A stretch of DNA of 64,000 nt from contig CAUYUJ010000114.1 in the NCBI GenBank assembly GCA_963575745.1, positions 806,001 through 870,000 on the forward strand. The letters are read 5' to 3'. Shown here piece by piece: positions 28,257 through 42,810 of the stretch (positions are counted from its first letter, which is position 1; each line of letters opens with the position of its first letter). The translations under genes were made by a program, and so were the position numbers. The notes under the pieces are model-generated. The model saw nothing but the letters and a program-made list of their open reading frames with translations, searched no databases and was not told the origin of the DNA. Source of the stretch: Prorocentrum cordatum (Eukaryota).

Positions 28257-28460
28257 TCGCAGGCCTAGAGGTTAACAGCAACACCAGTATCGGCGGTGTG
28301 CCTCCACCGACGGAAGAGGATCCCGATCTCGGTGATGGTGGTAATTTTCTGGCTTCCAAGGTGACCGAACCATTACCATCAACACCGAAATCGAGGATCA
28401 TCTTCCCCCTGTGGAGGCAACCCCCTGTGTTGGTGTTGGTGCCCATTTCCAGGCCTCCAA
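28257..28460. mobile_element. Foldback MITE family O
   Basis: Imperfect hairpin over its whole length, perfect TSD ccatg. Confidence 0.88.
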
Positions 28461-29027
28461 CCATGGTCCATCTTGGGACCTGGGCTGGTGTATAGACCTC
28501 CAGGCCCAGGCCAGGAGGACCTGTGCACCAGCCCAGGGCCCAGGACAGGCCTGGACAGGGCTGACGGTGGTGTATTGTCCGGAGCTCTCCCAGTGGTCCT
28601 GGCGTCTCAACTTCTCGAGGCTGGCGCTTCCGCCCAGCTCCGAGCCCCCGAAGCATCACAGGTCGATCCAGCTCGTAGATCGTGCCGCACAGAGACTGGG
28701 TCTACGGCTTCAGCTGTGCACACTGCGTTTTTTCTCGCTGCGCTTCCCTGCGTCCCTCTGCCACCCTGGCAGTCAGCCCCCTTTGCAGCTCGTTGCATGC
28801 GTGCAGCCCCTGGCAGTGAGCAGCCTCGCCCCCCTCTTCGTCTTCCTTGTCGGAGTGGCTGTGTTAGGCGTGCCTCTGATTAATTAGGCCCTCGCGCGCC
28901 CCGCTCGGACCCTGACTCGCCGCTGGCGCTCTCGCCTGCGGCTGCCGACTAAGAATTCCCTGCGCCCTCTCCTGCTCGTCCCCCGTCCGAGCCCCCCGCG
29001 GGCGCATGCCGTCCTCCATCGGGCCAG

Positions 29028-29089
29028 GTCGCGCAGGCCCCCGCGGCCCCAGAGCGCCCCCCCGTGCGCCTGTGGGTTCGGGGCTTCTG
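29028..29089 (+). CDS. Candidate exon (VAQAPAAPERPPVRLWVRGFW)
   Basis: gccag|g acceptor, tg|gc donor, phase 0 to 2. Confidence 0.35.
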
Positions 29090-29437
29090 GCGCCGACATC
29101 GACGGCCGCCCCTCGTCTGTGCGATCGAGCTGGGTACGGAAAGAGTGGGGACAACAATAGGGGGCCACATGCGAACCCTACCCCTACCCCCCACGATTTT
29201 TGAGGGGGAGGGTGGGGCTCACTTCGCATGCGGCCGCCTAAACAATGAACAGCAGTTCCTGCCCGTTTTGAACCGGGCTTGCTGTCGTTCGTTGTTGCCG
29301 GGGGCGTTACCCGCCTGAGGCAGAAGGCCGCCTGCCCAGCGGCGGCCGCTGGTGGTTTTGGGCAGCAGTTGTTGCTGTTCGTAAGGACGTTACCTGGAGG
29401 CCCCGGGGGGGGGGGAGGGAAACGGGAAACGGGAAAC

Positions 29438-29797
29438 GTGGGGCTCCCTGTGGGGCCAGAGCCACGATCCTCGAGAGGTGTGTGCCGACATGAAGCCTCG
29501 GTGGGGCTCCCTGTGGGGCCAGGGCCACGATCCTAGGGCTCGGTGGGGCTCCCTGTGGGGCCAGGGCCACGATCCTCGAGAGGGGTGTGCCGAAATGAAG
29601 CCTCGGTGGGGCTCTCTGTGGGGCCAGGGCCACGATCCTCGAGAGGGGTGTGCCGAAATGAAGCCTCGGTGGGGCTCCCTGTGGGGCCAGGGCAACGATC
29701 CTCGAGAGGGGTGTGCCGAAATGAAGCCTCGGTGGGGCTCCCTGTGGGGCCAGGGCCACGATCCTCGAGAGGGGTGGGCCGGAATGAAGCCTCGGTG
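29438..29797. repeat. 63-bp tandem repeat, about 5.5 copies
   Basis: gtggggctccctgtggggccag recurs at 29438, 29501, 29543, 29606, 29669 and 29732. Confidence 0.92.
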
Positions 29798-29814
29798 GCG
29801 ACGCCACCACCGAC

Positions 29815-31735
<1,921 letters not shown>

Positions 31736-31742
31736 CTGTCCG

Positions 31743-32012
31743 CCCTAGGGTTCCCTATGGATTCCGTAGGGGTCCCTATGGATGCCCTAGGGTTCCCTAT
31801 GGATTCCCTAGGGTTCCCTATGGATTCCTTAGGGTTCCCTATGGATTTCCCAGGGAACCCTATGGATTCCGTAGGGTTCCCGATGGATGCCCCAGGGTTC
31901 CCGATGGATTCCCTAGGTTTCCCTATGGATTCCCCAGGGTTCCCTATGGATTCCCTAGGGTTCCCTATGGATTCCCCAGGATTCCCTATGGATTCCCTAG
32001 GGTCCCCTATGG
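31743..32012. repeat. 21-bp tandem repeat (ccctagggttccctatggatt), about 13 copies
   Basis: Direct reading. The 7-aa period is visible in ORF 31757. Confidence 0.95.
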
Positions 32013-32238
32013 TTGCTGGAGCCTCGCTGGTGCTCCCTCGCGTTTGCGTGGTCGACTCCAGTGCGGAGGTGGAAGGGTCGGACTGGAATCCGTATTCCTA
32101 GGTATAATGAAGCCTGAGGGGTTTCCCGTTTCCCGTTTCCCGCCACCCCCCCATGGGGCCTCCAGCTAAGGTCCGTACAAGAGGGTAGGAGGGTAGGGAC
32201 AGCAAGGTAGAATGGGGCCTCCAGGTAGCGTCCTTACC

Positions 32239-32329
32239 TTGTTGTTGTTGTTGTTGTTGTTGTTGGTGTTGGTGTTGGTGTTGGTGTTGGTGTTGTTGGT
32301 GTTGTTGTTGTTGTTGTTGTTGGTGTTGG

Positions 32330-32372
<43 letters not shown>

Positions 32373-32432
32373 GCTGTTGTTGTTGTTGTTGTTGTTATGG
32401 TGGTGGTTGTTGTTGTTGTTGTTGTTGTTGTT
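32239..32432. repeat. (TTG)n microsatellite
   Basis: Direct reading. Also at 36594-36652 and 38400-38473. Confidence 0.95.
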
Positions 32433-33030
32433 GAATTGTCATTTCTGAAGAATAATTATTGTTGATCCCCCCACCGGTGCATACTGTCTTTTCTCAATCA
32501 TAGTGTGCCCCTCGACGCTCGCACCCTGTTTTTTGTCACGGAAAGTCTTCCTGTTCAAACTGGCCCCCTGGCCCCCGAGTTTCAACAACAACGGCTCCCG
32601 CCTGAGACTTCCTTCCAATTTAGCCAGGATCGCTCTCCCGGCGCTCTGGAGTCGCGCTCTCGCTGGAGACTTGCTTGCAACTTACTGAAGAATGGCCTTG
32701 CGTTGGAATTTCCTGCAATTTGCCCAAGCGCCGCGCTCCCGACACGCAGGCACCCAGGAGTCGCGCCCGTTGTGGCCCCATGTGCATGCCCTTCGTGGCC
32801 CTGCTGTCGCCATTTGTGTCCCCCTCACTGTCCTACGTGGCCCAGTTGCTACCCTCAGTGCCAGTATTATCTGCACTTCGTTGCCCCCGCTCGTTCGCGC
32901 TCTTCGTGGCCCCATACGCATTCCCTTCGTGTCCCCGCTGTCGCCCTTCGTGGCCTACTTCGTGCCCTTCGTGGCCCTGCTGTCGTTCTCTCTCGCTCTC
33001 GCTTTCTCTCGTCGTCGCCGTCGTTTTCGA

Positions 33031-33081
<51 letters not shown>

Positions 33082-33161
33082 GGTCGGTCCCCTGTCCGTC
33101 CCTCTGGGGGTCGGATCGACGGTCCGCGGCCGCCCCGCCGATCAGCGCTGCTGCTGGCCAG

Positions 33162-33200
33162 GCCGACGGTCCGCGGCCGCCCCGCGGGCCCGGCCTGCAG
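33162..33200 (+). CDS. Weak candidate exon (PTVRGRPAGPACR)
   Basis: gccag|g acceptor, cag|gg donor, phase 2 to 2. Joining to 38183 gives ACRCGAC. Confidence 0.3.
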
Positions 33201-35199
33201 GGAAGAAAGCTATACCCCCCAAAAGGAGTTCGATCGAAGACGAAGAGGGCGGGTATCGAGGGTTTGGGAAATACGCGTGATTAGACACTCGAGCATATAA
33301 TCGACGAGCCGAAATCCTTCACATCAGTAATTTTGGGTCTCGGAGCCCACAGGGCGTTTTTTCATGTTTTCCATTCGACGTTCCATGAAGCCCGATGTCA
33401 TTCCGAGGCCGCGCGTCGAACGTTTTCGATGGCGCGTCGCGTTATGCGATGTCACGTGCGTTGGGGTCGTCAAAGGCTTGCGTGCTTGTTGCGGATCGGT
33501 TGATGTGGGCTGGGGTTTCTCAGGATTGTACATTTGCTTTGCGCTGGGGCGGTTTCGACCCCCATCCCTGGCTGATCCACCCCGCGGGTAACGTCGCAGG
33601 AAGAGTTCGATCATTTCGTTCGTAGTGCCAGCGATGCTGTCGCGGACACTGACCGCGCCACGGAGGGGGGGGTCGTCCAGAAATTTCTTACCATATTGCA
33701 GTGTTGGTTCTTCGTTTTGAAGAGACACCGCCCCGCGTCATTCCTTCCGGCCCCCTCCCTCGTCCTCCCTCTTCGCGTATCTGCCCCTGCTCTCCGCGTG
33801 TCCCCGTCGTCATCGTCCATCGTCATCGTCGCCATCACCATCATCATCATCAGCATCAGCATTCTCGTCGTCTCCATCATCAATACCACCACCATCCTCA
33901 TCAACATCATCAAAACACCCCCTTGTTCCCCCGCGTTTCTGCTTCGCCACATCCCCCGCAAGTCTCGTGGCCTTGTGAGGTGCTCCACCGAAGGCCCCAT
34001 CGGCAGGGTCCTTAGTGCGCCGCCCAGCCCATGTCGGCACGCCCCTCAGACGCTTCGTGTCCCCATGAGGAGCTCATCGGAGGTCCCGGCGGCAAGGTCC
34101 ACATGCCGTCGCCCAGGCCACATTGATGACACCCTCAAACATTTCGTGCCCCTATAGGCAGCTCCACTAAAAAAAGTCCCAGCGGCAGGTTTCCCAGGCC
34201 GCCGCCCAGCATATTTCGGCATACGTTTCACACGCTTCGTGGCCCCACGGGGAGCTACACCGACGGCCCCACAGGCAGGGCCCACAGGCCGCCGCCCAGC
34301 CCATTCCGTCATACGCTCACAAGCTTCGTGGCCCCATTGGGGAGCACCCCCGATGGCCCAAGCGACAGGGTCCACATGCCGTCGCCCAGCCCATGTCGTC
34401 CACGAGTGGCGCCCAGCACGGCTCCAAGAGCGCCCCAAGAGGCGCCGAGTAAGTTGCACCCTCATGCAAATAGTTTTTGTCACTTGTGGGGGTCCTCTTG
34501 GGGCCCTCTTGGAGCATTCTTGGGGCCCTCTGGGAGCGTTCTTGGGGCCTTCCCGGGGCCCCAGTGGGCCCTCGGAGGGCCCCAAGAACGTTCCCCGAGG
34601 GCCCCAAGAGGGACCCCCCAAAGTGGTACAAAGAATTCGCGCGAACGTGCAATCTGTTGTAGGCCTTTCGGGGCCCTCTGGGAGCTCTCTTGGGGCCCCC
34701 ATTGGTGGCGCCTTGGGGCCTTGGGATGGCTCCAAGAGGCTTCGGGATTGCCCCAGACCGCCACAAGACAGCTCCGAGACGGCCGTCGAGCACCACGGGT
34801 GAAAGCAAGTGAGGCTAGGGAACAGGGCCTCTGGTAAGCCGCCACTGCGCCCCCTGGACTACCCAGACAGCGAGGGGACCTGAAACGCCCTGGGGCTCCA
34901 GGGGCCCCAGATTAGTGAAGTGAAGGTTTTTGCCATGCAAGCACCCCGAAATTCTTCACTTCACTAAACCGGACCCAGGACGAACTCGCTACGCTCCAGT
35001 CCCGCGGGAGATCCGAGACTCCCGCCGCCGCCCGGGGACGTTGCTGCATTGCGGTGCTCTGGTCACTGTTAATGGCTTCCGCGGGCTGCAGCGGCTCACT
35101 TCCATGACTACCCCGACTCACGAATCCAGTGGTTGGTCTGGCTCTATGGGTTGGTTTCGTTGTGTCGGTTGATTTTATGCTTGGTTGGCGGTCGGTGGA

Positions 35200-35425
35200 T
35201 TTCGCGTTGTTCATTGGTGTCGTGAAGTGATTTGTCGTTTGGTTGGTCAGTGCCGTTTTGTTGATTCGTGCCGTTTTGTTGGTTGGTGTCGTTTCGTTGG
35301 TTGGTGTCGTTTTGTTGCTTGGTGTCGTTTTGTTGCTTGGTGTCCTTTTGTTGGCCGGTGTCGATTTGTTGGTTTGTTGGTTGGTGTCGGTTTGTTGGTT
35401 GGTGTCGTTTTGTTGCTTGGCGTCG
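35200..35425. repeat. 18-bp minisatellite (tgtcgttttgttggttgg-like)
   Basis: About 10 degenerate tandem copies. Confidence 0.85.
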
Positions 35426-36864
35426 TCCTGGCGGCGTGGCCGATAATCGGCGGCCTGCAATGGCGCCAGGATTTGTTTCGGGCCAGCCTTGATCGCCCTC
35501 ATCATTCTCATATTCGTCAGCGTCAGCACTCGTCGCCCCCATCCGCGCACACATGCGGCCCTGGTACGGCTCTCACGCGGCCCTGCGAAGGCCTTCACTG
35601 TGCTCCCCAAAGCTTTCTGAGGGGCCCCCCAGAGGCCCCAAGAGGGCACTGGAAATTGTCGCTTCCAACTCCGCCAGGCGGAGGTCAACAAGGGTCTCAC
35701 TGGTGCACTTCCAGGAATCGTCGTTCGATCCTCTTGGGGCCCTCCTGGGGCCTTCTGGAGCCGTCTTGGAAGCTCCGAGCGGCTCCATGAAGGCGCCGGG
35801 CGATATCGCTTCCAATTCCGCCAGGTGGAGTTAGACCAGGGGCTCACTGAGGCCCCTTTTTGCGCCCTCCTCTGCCTTTGAAAAAGCCCCGATGGGGTTC
35901 TTCAGTGCCGTCTTAGGGCCCCTAAGAGGCCTCCAGTAGGGTATTGAAGTTATCGCTTCCAACTCCGCCACGCGGAGTTGAACCCAGGGCGGCTCTCTAT
36001 GGCCCTTTCGGGGCCTTCTTAGAGCTTTTCTGAGGCCCTAAGTGGGCCCTGGGAGGTGTCATTTTCACGGGCGTTGAAAGTGACACCGCGGAGGGCCCTC
36101 TTGGGCCCTTCTTGGGGCCTCTCTTGGGTCCCTCTGGGAGCCCTCTTGGTGCCGCCCTGGGGCCTTCTCGGGGCCTTCTTGGAGCCTTTCTGGTGCTCTT
36201 TAAGTGGGCCCTGGGAGGTGTCACTTTCACGGGCGCTGAAAGTGACACATCGAAGGGCCCGCTTTCCCTCGTAGCGCTGCCCGTGGCCGGGGCATTGTGC
36301 AGCGCATCCCTCGTCGAACGTATTTTGTCGGACGCGTGGTCGAATTCCGCCAGTTCGGTCGAGATGGTGGTCAAGCGGTTCGGTTGCAATGTAGCCATGC
36401 GGATCTGAGCTTACCATTTCTTGCCATTTTGGCGGGGATCGCAGGAGCGTTTGTGTTGTGATCAACTGTGCTCGATATATCCAGCGGCAGCGTTTCATCC
36501 CAATATATTATTTTGAAAAAAGTCAGCAGGGGCCAAATTGCTGATGTGAAGCAACATAGGTCTCGTATATAAGGGCGAACGGTCTTAAAATTATTGTTGT
36601 TGTTGCTGTTGCTGTTGTTGCTGTTGCTGTTGCTGCTGTTGTTGTTGTTGTTGAACGTTAATTACTAAACAATTATTATTGTTGGACCCCCTATATTCGC
36701 CCTGGCGCTCTCGCCGAGGCGCCGGCCGCATTTTCTCTGAAATTGAGGCTCACGCTCAGGCGTTTTGGGGTTCCGCCAAAACCGGCCCCCCAACAACAAC
36801 AACGCTCCGGCTCGAGACTTCCTCCTTTTTTACTCGGGCTCGGTGCTCTTGCTCGCCGCCGAGA

Positions 36865-37800
36865 GCGGCTCCCGGGCCGGACGCCCGGGTCGGCGCCCGA
36901 GCTGGCGCCTGGGCGCCGGAAAATCGAGTTCCGAGGCGGCGCCAAAAAAAAGGCCATTCCAATACACATTTGTCTTTCGAAAATGTTGAATTTCTGTTTC
37001 CGGCGCCCGGGAGGGAGGCCGTCCGGGCCGATTCCGGAGCTCGGGCCGGCACCCGGCCCGGCTCCCGGGCCGGACGCCCGGGTCGGCGCCCGAGCCGGCG
37101 CCCGGGCGCCGGAAAATCGAGTTCCGAGGCGGCGCCGAAAAAACGCCATTCCAATACACATTTGTCTTTCGAAAATGTTGAATTTCTGCTTGAGGCCGTC
37201 CGGGCCGATTCCGGAGCCTGGGCCGGCACCTGGCCCGGCTCCCGGGCCGGACGCCTGGGTCGGCGCCTGAGCCGGCGCCCGGGCGCCGGAAAATCGAGTT
37301 CCGAGGCGGCGCCGAAAAAACGCCATTCCAATACATATTTTTCTTTCGAAAATGCTGAATTTCTGCTTCCGGCGTCCGGGAAGCCGTCCGGGCCGATTCC
37401 GGAGCTCGGGCCGGCACCCGGCCCGGCTCTCGGGCCGGACGCCTGGGTCGGCGCCCGAGCCGGCGCCCGGGCGCCGGAAAATCAAGTTCCGAGGCGGCGC
37501 CGAAAAAAAGCCATTCCAATACACATTTTTCTTTCGAAAATGCTGAATTTCTGCTTCCGGCGCCCGGGAGGCCGTCCGGGCCGATTCCGGAGCTCGGGCC
37601 GGCACCCGGCCCGGCCGGCACCCGGCCCGGCTCCCGGGCCGGACGCCCGGGCAGTTCCGATCGCGCCGAAAAGAGGCCATTCCAATACACATTTTTCTTT
37701 CGAGAATGCTGAATTTCTGCTTGCGGCGCCCGGGAATTGTCCTGGGCCGATTCTGGAGCGGCTTTGGGCCGGACGCCCGAGCCGGCGCCCGTACGTGGTG
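36865..37800. repeat. Satellite with a 166-192 bp unit, about 5 copies
   Basis: ccattccaatac at 36954, 37146, 37323, 37511 and 37677. Confidence 0.92.
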
Positions 37801-38182
37801 CTTCTCTGCTTCTGGCGCCTGCGCAGCTTCCCGAGCCGCTTCTGGAACCATATCTGGGCCGGTCCAGCGATAGGTTTCCTGGATGTGCTGAACCATCCAA
37901 CTTTTTGAGACTTCTGCGTCTCAAGGATAGGGAGAGAAGACATTAAAGGAGGATCAAAAAGCAACGTCGCTATGAACGCTTGGCTGCCACAAGCCAGTTC
38001 TACTTACTTGGACTACTACTACCGTTACCACTACTACTAGTGCTACAGCCGCAACAACAATATCATCAACTGCTGCTACTACAACTACTCATCCTTCCTC
38101 CCCCTCCTCCCCCTCCCTTCTCCTCCTCCCCCTCCCTATCTCTCTCATCTCCCCCTCCTCTTCCTCTTCCTCTCCCTCTGAG

Positions 38183-38390
38183 ATGCGGGGCATGCGCAAG
38201 GCGATTGCGAAGGCGATGTGCCGTCCGAGCTATGGATGTTGAAGTTCCTCGGAAGAGGTGGTGGCCAAACCTTCTTGGGCGGGATATCTGGGTGAGGGAG
38301 TATCGGATCCCGCATGCCAGAACAATCCCCCATGATGGGGTGTGTTATCCAGATGGATGCATGTGTCATGTGGAAGCATGGTGCATGAGG
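38183..38390 (+). CDS. Candidate Cys-rich exon (CGACARRLRRRC...YPDGCMCHVEAWCMR)
   Basis: Unique stop-free island between a pyrimidine tract and (TTG)n. ctgag|a acceptor, agg|gt donor. Third-position GC is lower than in the other exons. Confidence 0.4.
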
Positions 38391-38398
38391 GTAAAATG

Positions 38399-38461
<63 letters not shown>

Positions 38462-38667
38462 GCGGTTGTTGTTGGGCATCGTGCTGGTTTTTGCGTACCC
38501 GCTTCGAGGTAACTGCTCGGTTTGGGGGTTCGGGTCGTTCTCCGAGAGCGTCACGGGCGACTGGGGCCTCCCAAGGTCCCAAGACCGTGTCTTCGCGGAT
38601 CTCGAGGTCACCGCACGGCCTGCCACCGCACCGCACTGGGACCCCCCGAGGGAGCGCCCCTGGCGAG

Positions 38668-38719
38668 GAGATGTCCGTGACCCTGCGGCACCACATGCTG
38701 CGGCGGCGGTGCCCGCCAG
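38668..38719 (+). CDS. Candidate exon (EMSVTLRHHMLRRRCPP), may start at 38509
   Basis: gcgag|gag acceptor, ag|gc donor, GC-rich third positions, phase 0 to 1. Confidence 0.4.
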
Positions 38720-38759
38720 GCCTGCGGCGCCGAGGGCCCGGGTGTCTCGTGCCTCGGGG

Positions 38760-39205
<446 letters not shown>

Positions 39206-39692
39206 CCTCACGCCGAACCCTCCCCCGCCCCCTCCCGTGCCAGCTCCGCCAGCCCTCTCTGGAGGCCGGGGGGCGGCAGCCCCGGCGTCGAGCTCTTTTG
39301 CCTCGCCGCCCTCGGGTCTCTCGGGCCTCTGCCCCCGGTTAGCTCCCCGTGCGTTGCACATGTCCCTGCGCTGTGGAGGACGACCAGTGGCGAGGAAGCA
39401 TGTTGCCAAACACTTTCCAGATGTCTAAAACATGTGTTAAACATGTTTTAGACATGCAAACAAACATGGTTAAAAAGCATGCTCATAATTTTTCCGTCAC
39501 TTTCAATACGTTTTGAATTCGAGGATAGGAATGATAGGGTGTCCATTGTCGTGGCATCCACAGTCCTTGCGTTCCACCTTTGGCGCGCACTGCACTTTGC
39601 TCGGATCCGCTGGGCCTTGGACCTTGTCCATGACGCTCGCCGTTCGGGCAGGTCCTTCGGTCAGCGTGCCCCCTCCCTGCCTTCACGCCCAG

Positions 39693-39782
39693 ATGGCCGA
39701 TGCTGTTCCCCGTATTTCATGCTGCCGTGCGGGCACCGCCCACGGTGTTGCGTGCACCCTCCCCGCTATCCATGCCCGGATG
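39693..39782 (+). CDS. Candidate Cys-rich exon (DGRCCSPYFMLPCGHRPRCCVHPPRYPCPD)
   Basis: cccag|at acceptor, phase 1. Either a GC donor after 39782 or read-through to TGA at 39785-39787. Confidence 0.45.
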
Positions 39783-40062
39783 GCTGATGTCGGCAGTTCC
39801 GAGGAGGCGCGTTTCACGGGCGCGTGCTTTGGGAACATTCGGCGGTGCCGCGTTTGAACCTGGGGGGGGGGCTCCCCCAGAACATTCGGCGCTGTCGAAC
39901 AGAACCAGGGGGACGGCCGTCCCCCCTCCCCTCCCCCCTCCGACCCCGTCCCCCCGGCGCGAGGGGGGGGGGGGTCGAACCCCTCCCCCTTCCTCCGCGC
40001 CTCTGCGGCGGCGGCCGGCAGCGCCGACGGCGGCGACGCGGCGACGACGACCAGGACGACGA

Positions 40063-40125
<63 letters not shown>

Positions 40126-40332
40126 GGTCTTTTGTAGTCCTCTGTCCTCGGCCCTGAGTGTTGGAGGACTGACGGGCCCAGACATCAAATGTGGAGTTTC
40201 TCCGCAGTGCGTCGAGGACCATTGTCATCCGGAAAGCTTGTCTTTCATGTTGACCGGCAGCGATGACGACCCCCTATCAAGAATCGATTCCTGGACCGCT
40301 TTCAGTTTGAGTTCTGGCCAGCATCCCAAGGG

Positions 40333-40536
40333 TCGCAGGCCTAGAGGTTGTCGCCAACACCAAGATCGGCGGTGTGCCTCCACTGAGGGAATCCGATCCC
40401 GATCTCGGTGATGGTGGTAATATTCTGGCTTCCCGGGTGGCCGAAATATTGCCACCAACACCGGAATCGAGGATCATTTTCCCCCTGTGGAGGCAACCCC
40501 CTGTGTTGGTGTTGGTGCCAATTTCTAGGCCTCCCA
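40333..40536. mobile_element. MITE family O copy
   Basis: Perfect TSD aaggg. Confidence 0.88.
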
Positions 40537-41462
40537 AAGGGGAATCCAGCCATGGCGATGAGGGAGCCCCAGGAGGCCCCTTTAGGTGGTCCGACACGAC
40601 CATGTGCCTCGTGCCTCAGTCCTCGGGACCCCTCCCCCTTCTACGCCGATCCTTGGCCCAGGATTGGCCCGACCAGGACAGGTGTAGGTGTACAGTGAGC
40701 GGCTTGGATAAGGAACAGTTACTTTTCAAAAGGGGCTCGGTCGTTCCTTAGGCTTGTATGCGTTATTTACGATTCCTTATGCGTTTTTTGTTATTGATCG
40801 TTCCTTATGTGTTATTCCTTGGGGTAAAAAAGGGGCTTCGTTCCTTATTTATCGTTCCTTAGGTCAGGCCGATGACTGTATACCCTGACCTCCGACGATT
40901 TGGTTTGTTCAATGCGCGGTCCCAGAGGTCCCGACCGCTTCCCCAGCAGCGGCTGTTCGGCCCGGATCCGTTTTTGATTGTCCCAGGGCTCCACGATAGG
41001 CCCCAGACGCCGGCATCCGTGAAAAGCACCCAGAATTGGAATGATATCTTGGCGAGAGGCCCAACCAAATGCAGTCGTGGGTACTGCAAGGCAGTTGGGA
41101 CGAAGGAAGGGGAGTTCCTTATAGGGGCCATGAAGCGTGTGAGTGGTGTGCCGACATGGGTTTGGGGCCGCCATGCGAATACTGCATCTGGGGCCTTCGG
41201 TGGAGCCCCATATTGGACAATGTGTGAGGGGTGTGCCGACATGGACATGCGGAGGGCAGCGGCAAGGTCCGGCACGATCGAAATGGGTACAGAAAGAAAG
41301 TGCACGATGCCCAACAGCAGTTCCTGCTTATTTTGAACAGGACTCGCTGTCCGCGCCACCGCGGACCTTGTCCCTTGAAGACACAAAACTGCCTGCACAA
41401 CAGCGGTCGTTGTCGGTCTTTGACAGCATGTGTTGTTGGGGATTGTGCAATTTCTTCCATAG

Positions 41463-41655
41463 CTTAGTTGCCTCGATACGCCCGTTTTGAAACGCAATAC
41501 GTCCCGTGTTCAAGACGTCCGTGTCAATACGTTGCGTGTTGGCTCCACGTATTGGACCACGCTTCGGCGAGTGTACTGCGTCGGACGTTCAGCCTACGTG
41601 TTGAGCTCCGTATCAATACGATACGTATTGCGTGTCGCGTATCGGGGCAGCTAAG
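41463..41655. mobile_element. MITE family J copy
   Basis: TSD ttccatag/ttccgtac. Confidence 0.82.
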
Positions 41656-41664
41656 TTCCGTACC

Positions 41665-42245
41665 AGAGGATGGGAGGAGGGAGGGAGGAGAAGGAGGGAT
41701 GGGAGGATGGAGGATCGGAGGAGGGATGGGGGGATGGGATGTGATGGGACGGGATGGAGGATGGGAGGAGGGATGGGATGAGGATGAGGTTCCTTTTTGT
41801 TCCAGTACCAGAGGATGGGAGGAAGGAGGGAGGGGAGGAAGAAGGAGGGAGGAGGGAGGAGGGAGGAGGGAGGGGGGGGGGAGGAAGCAGGAGGGAGGAG
41901 GGAGGGGAAGGAAGGAGGAGGGAGGAGGGAGGATGTGAGGAGGGAGGGGGGAGGAGGAAGCAGGAGGCGCGACGACGGGCGCTGCATCTTCGAATCGAGG
42001 GCCCAGCACCACAGGATGGCTGGGAACCACAGCGTCGGAGATCGCGGCCCTGCGCCTGGCCCGCCTGCGCTCCGCGGCCGTGGCCCTCCTAGGGCCTGAG
42101 GAGGAGGAAGGAGGAGGAGGGAGGGAGGGAGGAGGAGGAGGGGGAGGAGGAGGAAAGGAGGAGGAGGGAGGAAGAGGAGAGGAGAAGGAGGAGGAGGAGG
42201 AGGGAGGAGCAGGAGGACGGAGGAGGGAGGAAGAGGCGGGAGGAT
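41665..42245. repeat. (GGA)n purine-rich tracts
   Basis: Direct reading. Other (GGA)/(CCT) tracts at 3440-3540, 3860-3950, 25115-25220, 25393-25520, 25610-25683, 42445-42577 and 53620-53730. Confidence 0.9.
42015..42092 (+). CDS. Candidate exon (GWLGTTASEIAALRLARLRSAAVALL)
   Basis: Island between (GGA)n tracts with 18 consecutive G/C-ending codons. Phase 1 to 1 joins it to 42299. GG donor. Confidence 0.5.
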   Translation, partial: DGWEPQRRRSRPCAWPACAPRPWPS

Positions 42246-42298
42246 TGCAGCTGGGTTCCTCCTGCCTCCCACGGCGCAGGGATGGGGCGCCCCGCCAG

Positions 42299-42441
42299 GC
42301 GCGCCCCTGCCGGAGCTCCCGGCCAGCTCGAGCGCCCCCTCGCGGGCCGCGCCGCAGAGCCAGCCGTCCGAGCGACCCCTCCTGGAGCGCTGCGCGTACG
42401 TGACCCTGCTGTACGGCGGCGACGTGGAGTACGCGCTCGGG
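42299..42441 (+). CDS. GT8 (glycogenin-like) gene exon, N-terminal AYVTLL motif
   Basis: Reads (G)APLPELPASSSAPSRAAPQSQPSERPLLERCAYVTLLYGGDVEYALG. AYVTLL...Y..G is the GT8/glycogenin N-terminal signature. Acceptor ccag|gc (alternative at 42280), GC donor ggg|gcccct. Confidence 0.85.
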
Positions 42442-42609
42442 GCCCCTCCTCCTCCTCCTCCCCCTCCCTCCTCCTCCTCCTCCTCCTCCTCCTCCTCCTC
42501 CTCCTCCTCCTCCTCCTCCTCCCCCTCCTCCTCCTCCTCCTCCTCCTCCTCCTCCTCCTCCTCCTCCTCCTCCTCCTGGTTGCGTGCACGGCGTGGTGGT
42601 CCAGGCCTC

Positions 42610-42810
42610 AGATGGGTTCCGCGCAGATGGGGTCGGAGGATCCCGCTGCATCGCCGATGCATCGGCGATGTGGCTCGGTGTGGAGTCGGACTTTCCGCTC
42701 GCCGTCGTCGCCGATGCATCGCCGATGCATCGTCGAGGCATCGCAGATACATCAGCGATGCATCGGGGATGCGGCGCGATCCTCCGACCCCATCTGCTCG
42801 GACGCCATCT
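42610..42810. repeat. catcgccgatgcatcggcgatg palindromic repeat family
   Basis: Related copies at about 43790-43960, 52095-52135 and 54550-54685. Confidence 0.7.

Noticed and set aside
29438..29797. 63-bp repeats as a CRISPR array or repeat protein
   Set aside because: Head-to-tail near-identical units without spacers, open in several frames on both strands.
31743..32012. Interstitial telomeric repeat
   Set aside because: The unit is a 21-mer with palindromic ccctaggg, not tandem TTTAGGG or TTAGGG.
36423..36433. gccattttggc matching the middle of the dinoflagellate spliced leader
   Set aside because: Only 11 nt match. The CCGTA and TCAAG flanks are absent and no CDS follows.
36679..37924. 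ORFs of 364-409 aa on both strands
   Set aside because: Products of a stop-poor GC-rich satellite with no domain signature.
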